NCBI GenBank assembly: GCA_963771355.1
Contig: CAVYTA010000006.1
Location: 2,112,001-2,176,000 of the forward strand
Origin: an uncultured Candidatus Rokubacteria bacterium
Lineage (GTDB): Bacteria > Methylomirabilota > Methylomirabilia > Rokubacteriales > CSP1-6
Length of the DNA: 64,000 nt
Reading direction: 5' to 3'
Shown: positions 20,960-31,670 of the stretch, in pieces
Position numbering within the stretch: the first letter of the stretch is position 1
Layout: every line of letters starts with the position of its first letter
The notes under the pieces: generated by a model
Seen by the model: only the letters and a program-made list of their open reading frames with translations
The model's database searches: none
What the model was told of the DNA's origin: nothing
Position numbers and translations under genes: made by a program

Positions 20960-22684
20960 CTGACCCCACGCGTGCGGGCCTGGCTTCTCGCCACCGCGGC
21001 CTGTCTCTGCCTCGCGGAGATCTGGATCGAGGGGCTCTACTACTCGGGCTATCTGATTCCCACCGGGCGTCTCATCTGGCTCCTCAACGAGCTGGCTTTC
21101 CTCCTCTACTACATGCTCTTCGGCCTTCCCGCCGTCGCCCTCCTCACCGCGGCTCTCGCTGGCTCTGCCGGCAAGCGGCTCCTGGACTGGTTCGACCGCG
21201 CCGCCGAGCTGTCGCCCCGGGAGGTCGGCGGCCGCCGTCGGCTGCACTTCCGCGCTGACCTTCCTCCTGATCACCGTGGTCCGATACGGCCTCCTCAAGG
21301 ACGCCGTCATCAGCGACGACGAGCATGCCTATGCCTTCATGGGGCAGATGTTTGCCTCCGGCCGGATCTACGTGCCCTCCCTGCCGCCGGCCCTCCGGCC
21401 CTTCCTCGATAACCAATTCATCGTGAACAACGGGAAGATGTACGGGATCTACTTCCCCGGGCATCCCGCCGCCCTCGCGATCGGCGAGCGCCTGCACGCC
21501 ATGGCCTGGGTGCCGACGGTGTCGGCGACGCTCACCGTGCCCCTCGCGTTCGGCGTCGCGCGCCGTATCTTCGGCCTTCGCGCTGCCCTGCTGACCCTGC
21601 CGCTGCTCCTCGTCTCCCCGTACTTCCTCTTCCCCTCCGCCACCCTGCTCGCTCATTCGACGGCCGCCGTCCTGCTGATGACCTTCGTCTATGCGGTCCT
21701 CCGTCTCCGCGAGCGCCCGGACGCTCTCCGCTGGTGGATCGTCGGCGGCGTCGCGCTGAGCTGGGCGACCCTGACGCGCCCCTTCTCGGCGCCGATCTTC
21801 GCCGTGCCCTGGCTGGTGTGGCTCGGGCGCGGACCTCTGGCGGCGACGCACCGGCCGCGCGATGGCCGGCGTGGCCGTCTTCTGCCTCATCGGCGCCGGC
21901 GCGCTCGGGCTCCTCCTCGCCTACCAGAACGCGCTGTCGGGCTCCCCGTTCATCAGCGGCTACCAGACCTTCAGCCGCACGCACAACGTGAGCCTCATCG
22001 GCAACACACTGGAGGCAGCTCCCCCGCTCCCTCGATTCACGAGTTCATGTTCACCCTGGCCCGGATGAACTTCTGGCTGTTCGGCTGGCCCACGTCGCTC
22101 CTCCTCGTCCTCTTCTTCCGGCGGAATGCCGGCGGCCGCCGGTTGCTCACCAGCGTCGTCTATGTCCTCCTCCTCTACGGCGCGATCTCGGCCGGCAGCA
22201 TCCATCCGGTGGGGCCCGTCCACTACGCGGAGCTCGCGGTGCCGCTCGTCATCCTCTCGGCGAGCGGCCTGGAGCGTCTGGTCGAGCTGGGCCGGGGCGG
22301 CGATCGCCTGGGCCGGGGCGGCGCGCGCTGCGGTGACGGTCCCCCTCGCCGCCACCCTCTGCGCCCTCGTGACCTTCTACCCCGTGTACGGCGCGCTCCC
22401 TGCGCGCCAGCGCGGACCTGACCCGTGCCCCTACGAGCTGCTCGCGGAGAGGGGCATCGACCGAGCCCTCGTCTTCGTCCACAGCTCTGCCCGCGCTCTA
22501 CGTCTCGCCGTATTCCTGGGCCTACTACCGGCGGAACAACTCCCCCGACCTCACCGATCCGATCCTCTTCGTGAACTACCTCGGCCCGGAGAAGAACACG
22601 GAGCTGATGCGGCTCTTCCCGGATCGTCCCGCCTTCTCGATGGGAATGCAGGAGGGCAAGTTCGTCCTCCTGCCGGCACCCTAG
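20960..22684 (+). CDS. Multi-pass membrane protein, probable GT-C glycosyltransferase (PMT/GT39-like); several frameshifts, start uncertain
   Basis: Hydrophobic segments, DDEHAY loop, Y.PG.P and LTRP motifs spread over frames of ORFs 19133, 21276, 21862 and 22126. Ends ...FVLLPAP* at 22684. Confidence 0.6.
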
Positions 22685-23364
22685 GCGCGGACGCCGCCCT
22701 CGAGACGCAGACGAGGTTCGAAGGCAGGAGCGGCAGGCCGGAGGAGAGCAGTCGATTGTCTCCGATCGGCGGGGAATAGCGAGAGGAAGGTCGGTGCGTC
22801 CAGCAGGTTGAGGTTGTCCACGTCCGCGAAGTAGTCCTGCCCGAGGCGGCGGAGCATGGCGCGATAGCTCGCGTCGGGTAGCCAGTGCAACAGGGGCAGG
22901 AAGGTGTGCAACTCCACGGGGAAGCGCTTGTTCGGGGTGGTGAAGAGCACGCAGCGGGATACGCGGCAGACCTCGGCCACCAGGGCCCGCTGCTGGTCGC
23001 GCGGACCTCCGTGCTCAACTACCGCATTGCAGATGCCGTAGTCGAAGTAGCCAGTTGGCAGCGGGATGGAGCGGAGGTCCGCCTCCAGGAAGGTCAGGCC
23101 GGGAAACTCCTCGGCGAACCAGCTCGCCTCCTCGGCCTCGCGACCGATCACGGTGAGCCGGTCACGGTGCGGATAGAGCGTCTCGAAGAAGGTGTGCACA
23201 GGATGGTCGCGATGGCCGGACACGCCGAAGTCCGCCACGCGCGAATCCGGTCCGGGCGCACACTCCCGCATGAAGGTCTCGAAGATCCGGCGCCGCACAC
23301 GGAAGGCGAGGTCGTTCTTCATCCGGTCCAGCGTTCCGAGCTCGGTGGAGTATTTGAGCGCCAT
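22681..23364 (-). CDS. Class I SAM-dependent methyltransferase-like protein (probable 3' frameshift)
   Basis: VADFGVS, ADLRSIP...FD...CNAVVEH and TTPN.RFPVE.HT motifs. ATG MALKY at 23364. Confidence 0.75.
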   Translation of the reverse strand: MALKYSTELGTLDRMKNDLAFRVRRRIFETFMRECAPGPDSRVADFGVSGHRDHPVHTFFETLYPHRDRLTVIGREAEEASWFAEEFPGLTFLEADLRSIPLPTGYFDYGICNAVVEHGGPRDQQRALVAEVCRVSRCVLFTTPNKRFPVELHTFLPLLHWLPDASYRAMLRRLGQDYFADVDNLNLLDAPTFLSLFPADRRQSTALLRPAAPAFEPRLRLEGGVRA

Positions 23365-23379
23365 CGGGGCGTCTAGAGC

Positions 23380-23653
23380 TGGGGCTTGGGGCGCCCGGGC
23401 GCAGCCGACATCGACATGTCCTCGGCCAGCCCATAGCACAATCCGTACGACCGGTACTTTTTTCGTACTGGCCCGCGTCAAACGTCTCACCGTACTCCGC
23501 TTCACAGGGGAAAAGCCACGGCCGCTCTCCTTCGATCCATACCACTAGCAGCGCCACGGCGATAACTGCCCCCGAGACCAGGGTCCACGGGAACCGTCGG
23601 CCGCGACCCTGTTCGGCGAGTGCCGGGCCCTCGGCCCACCCAGCCCCGCCCAT
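23380..23653 (-). pseudogene. Truncated membrane-protein gene remnant
   Basis: ATG overlaps the upstream stop. Encodes a TM helix (WTLVSGAVIAVALLVVW) and a short loop, then loses coherence. Lower GC than the flanks. Confidence 0.4.
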
Positions 23654-24543
23654 CAGACCGTCCAGTGATACAGGTGGACGTCGAAGGGGAACAAGAACCG
23701 GGGTATCTTCAAGGCAGGACAGGCAAACACGGGGGGGATGGGCGTCAGGGTCGGCGCATGAAAACGGACGCGACGGAGCGTCGTGGAGCGTCCAAGGTGT
23801 GCCGCGGCAACGTTCACGAGCTGGCGCTCGCGCCAGAAGAAGATGTCCATGCTCGGCATGATCTTCCGGACAAAGTTCCATGTGGCGCACTGCGCCTGCC
23901 AGAGGGGCCACCAGGGAGACAGCTCGAAGATGAAGAGGCTCCCGCCCGGCTTGAGAACGCGCCCAAACTCGGCAAAGCCCCGAGCGACACGGCTCTCATT
24001 CTCCCGGCGGGTCTGGCCGCCAAAGTGATGGATGGCGTAGAGACTCACGATGGCGTCGACCGAACGGTCGGCCAGTGGCAGGTCAGCTGCCGACCCGTAG
24101 ACCTTGATATCCACTTCCGTGTTTGCGCGCAGCGACTCGTAGGAGAGGTCGACGCCGATCAAGACCCATGGCTGCGCGCGTCGGTACGGAAGCGCCGGCC
24201 CACATCCGACGTCAACGACCACGGCTCCGGACGGGATTGCCGATTCGATGACTGTCGCTTGCTCGGTGTAGCAGCAGCGCCGGACTCCCGGCTCTGCCGA
24301 ACCGTGCTCCATCACCTCATGCTTGTCGTCAAAGAACGACCCGCCGCGCTGTTCACGCATGACCGCGATCCCGTCGGCGATCGCGCCCGTGAATCCGCAG
24401 CCACCTCGCAAGCAGCGAATCTCCTCCGCAGTACCCACGGTGACTGCGCCGTGACAGCGCGGACAGGCCAGATGGCCTTCGATAGCGCGCGCCAGCGTCC
24501 CGGAGTCCTGGGCCGAAGTGAGCGGGTCCAAGCGGAAGCTCAC
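23653..24543 (-). CDS. SAM-dependent methyltransferase with N-terminal CxxC (Trm112-like) segment
   Basis: LACPRC...C...C, VDVGCG, LPLAD.SVD and RVLKPGG motifs. The GTG start overlaps the transaldolase stop. Confidence 0.8.
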   Translation of the reverse strand: MSFRLDPLTSAQDSGTLARAIEGHLACPRCHGAVTVGTAEEIRCLRGGCGFTGAIADGIAVMREQRGGSFFDDKHEVMEHGSAEPGVRRCCYTEQATVIESAIPSGAVVVDVGCGPALPYRRAQPWVLIGVDLSYESLRANTEVDIKVYGSAADLPLADRSVDAIVSLYAIHHFGGQTRRENESRVARGFAEFGRVLKPGGSLFIFELSPWWPLWQAQCATWNFVRKIMPSMDIFFWRERQLVNVAAAHLGRSTTLRRVRFHAPTLTPIPPVFACPALKIPRFLFPFDVHLYHWTV

Positions 24544-25214
24544 GCCAACCACTTTGCGAAGTCGGTGATGAACTGATGCACCGCCTCGTCGGTCTTGGGA
24601 TGGCTCACCATCTGGCGGAAGAACTTGGGCGGCACCGTGACGATGTCCGCGCCCGCCTGGAGGGCCTCGTTGATGTCGGCGATGTGGCGGATGCTGCCCA
24701 CGATGATCTCGCAGGGAGACGTCGCGCTCCCGGAAGGTCGCCCGGACCTGCCGGACCACGGAGGCGGCGTCGTAGCCGATGTCGCGGATGCGGCCGTAGA
24801 AGAGGCTCACGTAGTTGGCGCCCGCCGCCGCCGCCATGACCGCCTGGTTGTAGGACATGCAGCAGGTGCAGTTGACCCGGATGCCGCGGCGCCGCAGCTC
24901 GCGGATCACCGCCAGCTCGTCCCAGCCCACCGGGATCTTCACGTTGATGTTCGCGGTAGTGGCCGAAGTGGCGCACGAAGTCCTCGGCCTGGCGTGATCA
25001 TCTCCTCGCGCTTGGTGGAGAACACCTCCACGCTGAGCGGGATGTCGTAGCCGTAGCGCTGGACGAGCTCGATGATCTTCTTGATGTGCTCGCGGAAGTC
25101 GCCCTTCTCTTCCTTGGCCAGGATGGACGGATTGGTGGTGATCCCGGCCGGGAAGCCCCGGTCGAGCGCCTCCTCGATCTCGAGCAGGTTCGCCGAATCC
25201 ACGAAGATCTTCAT
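24540..25214 (-). CDS. Transaldolase (short type), frameshifted
   Basis: IFVDSAN, GITTNPS, SVEV, Schiff-base KIP, VNCT, YVSLFYGR, GSIR, GADIVTVP and HPKTD motifs across three frames. The Glu/Phe pair indicates a transaldolase rather than FSA. Confidence 0.85.
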
Positions 25215-25239
25215 CGCATGTCCTCCCCGGACGGAGGGC

Positions 25240-25894
25240 CTACTCCGTCACCGTCCAGTAGTAGTCGCCGCTGTAGCCCGCTTCCGCGAACAGCCGGCGC
25301 CAGCCCTCCGGATCCGAGTAGGTGGCGGCGGTGAGCTGCCACCGCTCGAACTTCTCCCGCTGCTCCTCGGTGAGCCAGGAGTCGACCTGCACGTAGCGGT
25401 GCCGCCGGCCCACCCGCTCGATCTCGCGCAGGGCCCGGACACACGCCTCGCGCCCGAGATTGTGGATGGCATTGATCGAGAGCACGAGGTCGAAGGCGCC
25501 GTCGCGAAACGGCAGCCGCTCCGCCGAGCCCCGGACCAGGAACGCTCCGCACGTCCTCCATGGCATGCTCGAGGGCATAGGCCGAGACGTCGAGCCCCAT
25601 CACGCAGATGCCCGGCACCACGCGGCGGAGATCGTGGAGGAGAAAGCCCTTGGCGCAGCCCACGTCGAGCACGCGCTGGCCGCCGGCCAGCCCGTAGTGG
25701 TCGCGGAGCCGCTCGGCGATGGGCACCCAGCGCCCGTCGTAGCGATAGCCCCCATAGCCCTGGCCGCGATCTCCATCGAAGTACTCCCGCCCGAATCGCT
25801 TCGCGACCTCGCGCTGGGCGGGCACCGCCGCCTCGCGGGAGGCGATGTCCCGGCTCGTCCGCGGATAGCGGTCGAGGAGATTGATCTCACGCAT
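25240..25894 (-). CDS. Class I SAM-dependent methyltransferase, one frameshift
   Basis: EYFDG.R..GYGGYRYDGRW, VLDVGCAKGFL, LPF.D..FDLVLSIN..HNL and GYSGDYYW motifs; two frames joined near 25545. Confidence 0.85.
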
Positions 25895-26766
25895 GCCCGA
25901 GCGCTCCGAAGGCGGACAGCGTGGCGCGCAGCCCCTCGTCGAAGGGCGTGAAGGCGAAGCCGGGCAGCGCGCGGGACAGCGCCGTCGGTGTCGAATCGGC
26001 GATGCGTGATCGCGCCGGCGCGGGGCGCATTGGCCACCGTCACCTCGTAGGGCACCAGCCGCCGGATCACCTTCACCACGTCGGCGAAGGATCGGCTCTC
26101 GCCGGTGGCGACATTGAGGAGCCCGGTGGCGCGCGCCCGGATGAGGCCGGCCATGAGCCCGGCCACGTCGTCGACGTAGACGTGGTCGCGCTCTTCCTCC
26201 CCTTGGCCGAAGATGCGCAGGCCGCGGTCGCGGGCGAGCGTGCGGGCGAAGGCATTGGGACCGTAGCCCCCATGGGGATCGCCCGGCCCATACACGCCGG
26301 TCACCCGCAGCGTGAGGAGGGGAAAGCCGGCCGCCCGGGCCGCGAGGTCCATCACCCGCTCGGCCGAGTACTTCCCCAGCGCGTAGTAGCCCCCCGGGCT
26401 CACCGGAGTGGATTCCGTGACCGGATTGACGTCGAAGCCGTAGACGGCGTCCGAGCTGACGTACACGCAGAGCCCCGGCGCCCGGCCCGAGAGATACTTC
26501 GCCAGATTGGTCGCCATGGCCACATTGGCCATGAAGGTCTCCGGCGTCTGCCCGCGATCCGGAGTCAACGCGGAAGCGAAGACGAGGGCACTGTCGGGGC
26601 CGAGCGCGCCGTCGAGCGCGACCAGCGCCTCGGGGCGCGTGAGGTCGAGGGTCTTCGACGTGTGAGGGACCACGGTGACGCGATCGCGCTCGAGCCGCGC
26701 GGTAAGGGCGCGGCCGATATGCCCGCTGGCGCCCAGCAGCACCACGCGCGCCGGCCAGGCGCTCAT
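25887..26766 (-). CDS. NAD-dependent epimerase/dehydratase (SDR), frameshift near the 3' end
   Basis: LGASGHIG, SSDAVYG, YxxxK (YALGK), VYGPGD and RDHVYVDD motifs. Confidence 0.85.
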
Positions 26767-27362
26767 CGCCCGAGGCTCTCCCACTTCATCGCGGCCGCCT
26801 TGAGCCGGGGGTGCGACACGAGGCAATGCCACACCACCGCCTGGAAGGCCTCGGCATGGGCGGTGACCAGGTCCGGGCTCACCGTGGGGATGATGACGCA
26901 GGCATCGGCCACCTTCGCGGTGAAGCCGCCGTCACGGCCGACGATGCCCGCCACGCGCGCGCCCACCGCCTTGGCGTGCTCGAGCGCCCGCACCAGGTTG
27001 GTGCTGACCCCGCGCTCCGCGTCCCCGCCCCCCACCGAGAAGACGAGGATCGCGTCCCGGCCGGAGAGGCGGCTGCCCTTGAGCCAGTTGGCGAACGAGG
27101 TATCCCAGCCGTCGTCGTTGATGCGGGCGGTCAGCTCGGACACGTTGTCGGTGGGCGCGTATGCCTCGAAGCCCGCGATCTTGCGGAAGTCGTTGACCGC
27201 ATGCGACGCGTTCCCCGCGCTCCCGCCTACTCCCAAGATGAAGAGGCGGCCGCCCCCGTCGCGCACCCGGACCAGGAGGTCGACCACGCGAGCCACCGCG
27301 GCCTGGTCGATGGCGGCGGCGACGCGCCCGGCTTCAGCGAGATAGCGGGCGATGAAGTCCAT
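26763..27362 (-). CDS. SIS-domain phosphosugar isomerase (GmhA-like)
   Basis: LFILGVGGSAGNASHAVNDF, LTARIND, SVGG, S.NLV.A and E..Q...H motifs. Confidence 0.88.
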   Translation of the reverse strand: MDFIARYLAEAGRVAAAIDQAAVARVVDLLVRVRDGGGRLFILGVGGSAGNASHAVNDFRKIAGFEAYAPTDNVSELTARINDDGWDTSFANWLKGSRLSGRDAILVFSVGGGDAERGVSTNLVRALEHAKAVGARVAGIVGRDGGFTAKVADACVIIPTVSPDLVTAHAEAFQAVVWHCLVSHPRLKAAAMKWESLGR

Positions 27363-27879
27363 GGGTGCTCTCGGCGCGCGCCAGCACGGCGTCGACGGCC
27401 TCGGTGAGGCTCGACACGCGCGCATCAGCGACGGTGCAGTCGCTGTAGGGACGGTCGAGCAGGACGGAGTAGCAGCCCACCGCGCGGCCGGCGTCGATGT
27501 CGCGCCAGCGGTCGCCCACCACGAAGGAGGCGAGGAGGTCGATTCCCCACTTGGCCGCCGCCGCGTGGAGCATGCCGGGGCGCGGCTTCCGGCACGCGCA
27601 ATCCGCCCCGTCGTCGTGGGGGCACACGAAGATGTCGGTCACGTCGACCGCGGCCCGCAGCCGCTCGTGCATGCGGCCGAGCGTGGTCGCGCTCAGCGCC
27701 CCGCGCGCCATCTCGGGCTGGTTGGTGAAGACGATGGGCAGGAAGCCCGCCGACCGCAGCCGCGCCACCTGGGGGCCGGCGTCCGCGCAGAGGTGGAACT
27801 CGTCGAGGGTGAGCGCGGCGAAGGCCCGGCCCTCGCGCACGAGGGTCTCCACCAGCACCCCGTCGCGATCGAGGAACAC
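27334..27879 (-). CDS. HAD sugar-bisphosphate phosphatase (GmhB-like)
   Basis: FLDRDG, TNQP, CPH....C.CRKP.PGM and GDRWRDI.AG motifs. The true start may be a few codons upstream across a frameshift. Confidence 0.88.
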   Translation of the reverse strand: MFLDRDGVLVETLVREGRAFAALTLDEFHLCADAGPQVARLRSAGFLPIVFTNQPEMARGALSATTLGRMHERLRAAVDVTDIFVCPHDDGADCACRKPRPGMLHAAAAKWGIDLLASFVVGDRWRDIDAGRAVGCYSVLLDRPYSDCTVADARVSSLTEAVDAVLARAESTHGLHRPLSR

Positions 27880-27891
27880 GGCCCGGCGGCC

Positions 27892-29208
27892 TCACGGCGT
27901 CACCGCGCCCCTCCCCGGCGCGCGTCCCATGCTCAGGTACTCGACGCCGTCGAGATCGGTACGGCGCGGGTCCACCACGCCGACGCAGTCGATCACCAGG
28001 GGCCGGCGCATGGCCTTGAACGCGTCGCGCGGGGTCGCGGCGAACTCGTCCCAGTCGGTGAGGATGAGGAGGCAGTCCGCGCCGGCCAGGGTCGCCTCGC
28101 GATTTGGCAGCACCGTCGCCGCCCCGCTCGATCTCCGGCGCCCCCACGAGGGGATCGTAGGCGCGGATCTCGGCGCGGCCCCGCAGGTCGCCGATCACCC
28201 GCAGCGCCATGGAGTTCTTGGTCGAGCGCGTGTCCTTCTTGTAGGCGAGCCCCCACACCGCGATCACCGGCGGCCGGGGCTCGGCGAGCACGCGCCGCTC
28301 GAGCTGCCGCTGCACCCAGCGATAGCGGCGGGCATTGTACTGGATCAGGGTCTCGATGTAGGCGGCGTCCACTCCGTGCGCCGCGCAGAGCTCGCGCAGC
28401 GTGACCAGGTCGCGCTCCAGGTTGCCGCCGGCGACGCCGAGACTGGGCCGGATATAGGCGGCGGGGCCGATCCGCCGGTCCAGGCGCAGGGCGGGCACCA
28501 TCTCGGACCAGTCCGCGCCCACCTCCTCGCAGAGGTCGGCGAGCGTGTTCGCGTAGGTCACCGCCCCGAAGAGGTAGAGGTTGATCGCGGTCTTGGTCGA
28601 GCTCGGCGCTCTCGTAGCGCATGGGCAGGATCGGGCAGCCGAAGCGCGCGAGGCCCTCGGCCAGCTCGGTGGGGAGCGGCCGCGCGGGGTCCGCCGCGCC
28701 CACGATGATGCGCTCCGGCTCGAGAAAGCGCTGGACGCGCGCTCCCGAAGATGAGCGTCTCCACCCAGTAGTAGAGCGCGGATCCCGAGGCCGGGCCGCC
28801 GGGCCTCGATGCGGGCTCCCAGATGCGCGGGTGAACCCCGGCGGCACCTGGCTCATCAGCGCCAGCACCGCTCCCGGGCGGAGATGCGGGATGGCCGCGT
28901 CGATCAGCCGGAGCACCGCGGAGGTGTCGCTGCCGTTGGCCTCATCTGTGGGCACGTCGCGAGAGACGATGACCAGCGGGCATTCCGCGAGCGCGGCGGG
29001 ATCGGTGGTGAACCGCATCCGGTCGCGGGCGCCCGCGAACGCCTCCGCGAGACCGGGCTCGTGCACCGGCATCTCTCCGCGCCCGAGCCGCTCCACCGGC
29101 TCCTTGTCCAGGTCCACGCCGATGACGCGGGAGCCGAGCGAGGCCCAGCCGATGCCGGAGACGATGCCCAGATGCGACAGGCCCAGGAAGCCGGTGAGCC
29201 GCCGTCAC
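27892..29208 (-). CDS. UDP-glucose/GDP-mannose dehydrogenase-family protein lacking the catalytic Cys; several frameshifts
   Basis: GLSHLG, P.HEPGL, SQVPPG, ESAEL.K.AIN, D.RIG, GVAGGNLERD, GLAYK..T and YDP motifs across frames. Confidence 0.8.
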
Positions 29209-30122
29209 GGCTCGCCCTCCAGCCGGGCGGCCGCGGCGGCGTGGATGGTGCGCGAGAGCCAGAGGTCGTTGTCGCGCGACGTCTTCCGCGCGGCGACGAG
29301 CTCCTCGAAGTGGAGGATATCGCCGGCCCACGTCTGGTCCGGGCCGGGGATGACCTCGCGCGTCTCGTCGGGCACGCCGCTGGGGAGCTTGCGGCGCCGC
29401 ACAATGAGCTCGCTGCCGCCCCACTTGGTGAGCCCGTCCATCTCGAGTGCCCCGCGGTCGCCGATCACCTCGATGCGCCATCGGTTCTTCCACGCCAGGA
29501 AGCTGCACTCGATGACCACCGCGCGATCGGCGGTGGCGAGAATGCAGTGGTCGAGGCCTTTGAGCTCGTGGCCGCGGCGTTCCCAGACCCGGAACTCGTC
29601 GCCGAACCGCCCGAAGACGAAGCCGGCGAGGTCGATGAGGTGGCTCGCCATGTCCTCCAGGATGCCCAGGCGGCTGTCGCGCCAGGTTCCCGCGATGCTG
29701 CCCGCGGTGCCGTTGCCGTAGAACATGCGCACCCGGTACACCCGCCCCACCGCGCCCGCGTCGAGCGTGCCGCTTGAGCGCGATCACGTGCGGCTCGAAG
29801 CGGAAGTTGTACGAAGTGTACCAGATGGCCTTCCCCGCCTCCGCGTGCCGGGCCGAGCGCGTCCGCCGACTCCGCGTCGAGGACGAGCGGCTTCTCCACC
29901 AGCGCGTGCTTGCCGCGGGAGAGGAAGTATTCCAGGAGAGGGAGCTTCACGTCGTTGGGCACCGCGAGGACGGCGGCATCGTAGCGGTCCGAGCGGGCAG
30001 TCCTCGGGGCGGCGGAAGTCGGCGGCGGCGTTGAAGGGGTCGATGGTGGCCACGCAGCGGTCGCCGAGCACGGCCCGCCGCTTGCCCCCGATATTCCCGA
30101 GGCCGACCACCACGTACCTCAT
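29205..30122 (-). CDS. Gfo/Idh/MocA-family oxidoreductase, frameshifted
   Basis: VVGLGNIG, GKHALVEKP, YNFRFEP and G.L.D..SH.ID motifs over ORFs 29784, 29465 and 29205. Confidence 0.8.
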
Positions 30123-30132
30123 TCCCCGTCCC

Positions 30133-31670
30133 TCATCCGAAGTGCGCGCGCTTCTCGAGCCGCGCGATCCTCTCCTCCACCTCGGCGGGCGCCACCGGGC
30201 GATTGCCCTGGTACTCGCAGGCCAGCGCCGCCGCCACCGAGCCCAGGATGGAGGCGACGCACGATGTCGCCGGTGGCGGCCAGCCCCAGCGACGAGTACG
30301 CGAGGAGGGCGTCGCCCGCGCCCACCGGATCCACGAGGGTGTCCACCACGCTGTCCACGGTGAAGAACTCGCGGGGCATGTGGCCGGGCGTCCGGTAGCC
30401 GAGGATGCCCCGCTCGCCCAGCTTGAGGATCAGATGCTTGCAGTGCGCGAGCCGGAACAGCTGCAGCGCCAGCGGCCGCACCACCGAGTCCTGGTCGCCC
30501 AGCGCGAAGCGCGCCTCCCGCTCGTTGGGCGTGATGAGGTCGAAGTCGGTGAACTCGAGGATATTACCCCACCGGTTCGAGACCTGGCTGTCCGCGACCT
30601 TCAGCGTCCCGCCGGGGATGCCGCTCGCGCAGGAGCCGGATGCTCTTCCGGTTGAAGATGCCGTGGCGGAAGTCGCTGAAGATCACCACGTCCGCCGGGC
30701 TCGCGGCGAGCGACTCCGCCAGCGCCCGGAGCGCCCGGTCCGAGATCGCGCGGTTGTCCACCCGGTCGACCTGGAGCATCTTGTAGCCGTCGGCGATGAA
30801 GCGCTCCTTCTGGGTGGTGGGGCGCGTGCGGTCCACGTAGGCGTGCACGGTGATGCCCGCCTTGCGCAGGTCCTCCAGCACGAAGTCCTTCACCGAGTCG
30901 TTCCCCAGCACGGTGGAGAAGGACACGTCGCCGCCGGCCGCCTTGACGTGCTTGGCCACCACCGCCGCGCCGCCCGCGAAGACCTCGGTCCGCTCGTGCT
31001 TGACGCTGAAGGTGGGCGACTTCGCGGTGGCGCCCAGCAGCGAGCAGTGGCTGTAGCTGTCCACGATGGTGTCGCCCACGACGTGGACCCGCACCCCCCG
31101 CATGGTGGCGAGCGCCTCGCGCAGCCGGTCGAAGCCGAAGCCCTCCGACTCCATGAGGGCGAGCAGCTTCTCCACGCCGAGCTTCGGCGGCGAGGACTCG
31201 ATCAGCCGCGACGAGGAGTAGACGACGTCGCCCGGGGTGAACACGATCTCGCCGCCGTAGCTCTCGAGGGTGTCGATCTCCTCCTGGGTCCGCGGGGGAA
31301 CGCCCTCGGAGAAGTACTCGTAGCCCTTGGCGAAGAAGTCGGGCTGCAGGTACTTGATGTGCTCGATGGGGGTGGCGTTGGGGTCGATGATGACGAAGTC
31401 GACCATCTCGAGCGCGGCGAGGTTGGCCGCCCGCAGATCCTCGGGCACGTAGGGGCGGAAGTCCGCCTTGGTGGCGTGCACGTCGGCGGTGAGGCTGGCG
31501 ATGAGGAGATCGGCCTTGTCCTTGGCGTACATGAGGTGGCGGAGATGGCCGGGATGGACGATGTCGAACATCCCGTGGCACATGATCACCGTCTTCGCGC
31601 GCGGACGCGGGCCGATGGCCACCCCCAGCTCTTCCAGCGTCTTGATCTTGGCGCGGTAGTCGGGCTTCAT
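30133..31670 (-). CDS. Bifunctional nucleotidyltransferase / PfkB sugar kinase (HldE/RfaE-like, reversed domain order), frameshifted
   Basis: N-terminal HG.FDIVHPGH (HxGH) and KG.EY. C-terminal VVGD.IVD, GGA.VVA, SDF.HG, PNEREA and DPVGAGD motifs. Confidence 0.85.

Noticed and set aside
19133..21412. Apparent 759-aa fusion of an FAD oxidase with a membrane protein
   Set aside because: The read-through is caused by a frameshift near 20905, and the N-terminal part overlaps the OCD and MOSC genes out of frame.
23653..24942. Apparent transaldolase-methyltransferase fusion
   Set aside because: A frameshift near 24715 joins two genes. The transaldolase C-terminus and stop (24540) lie in another frame, overlapping the methyltransferase GTG.
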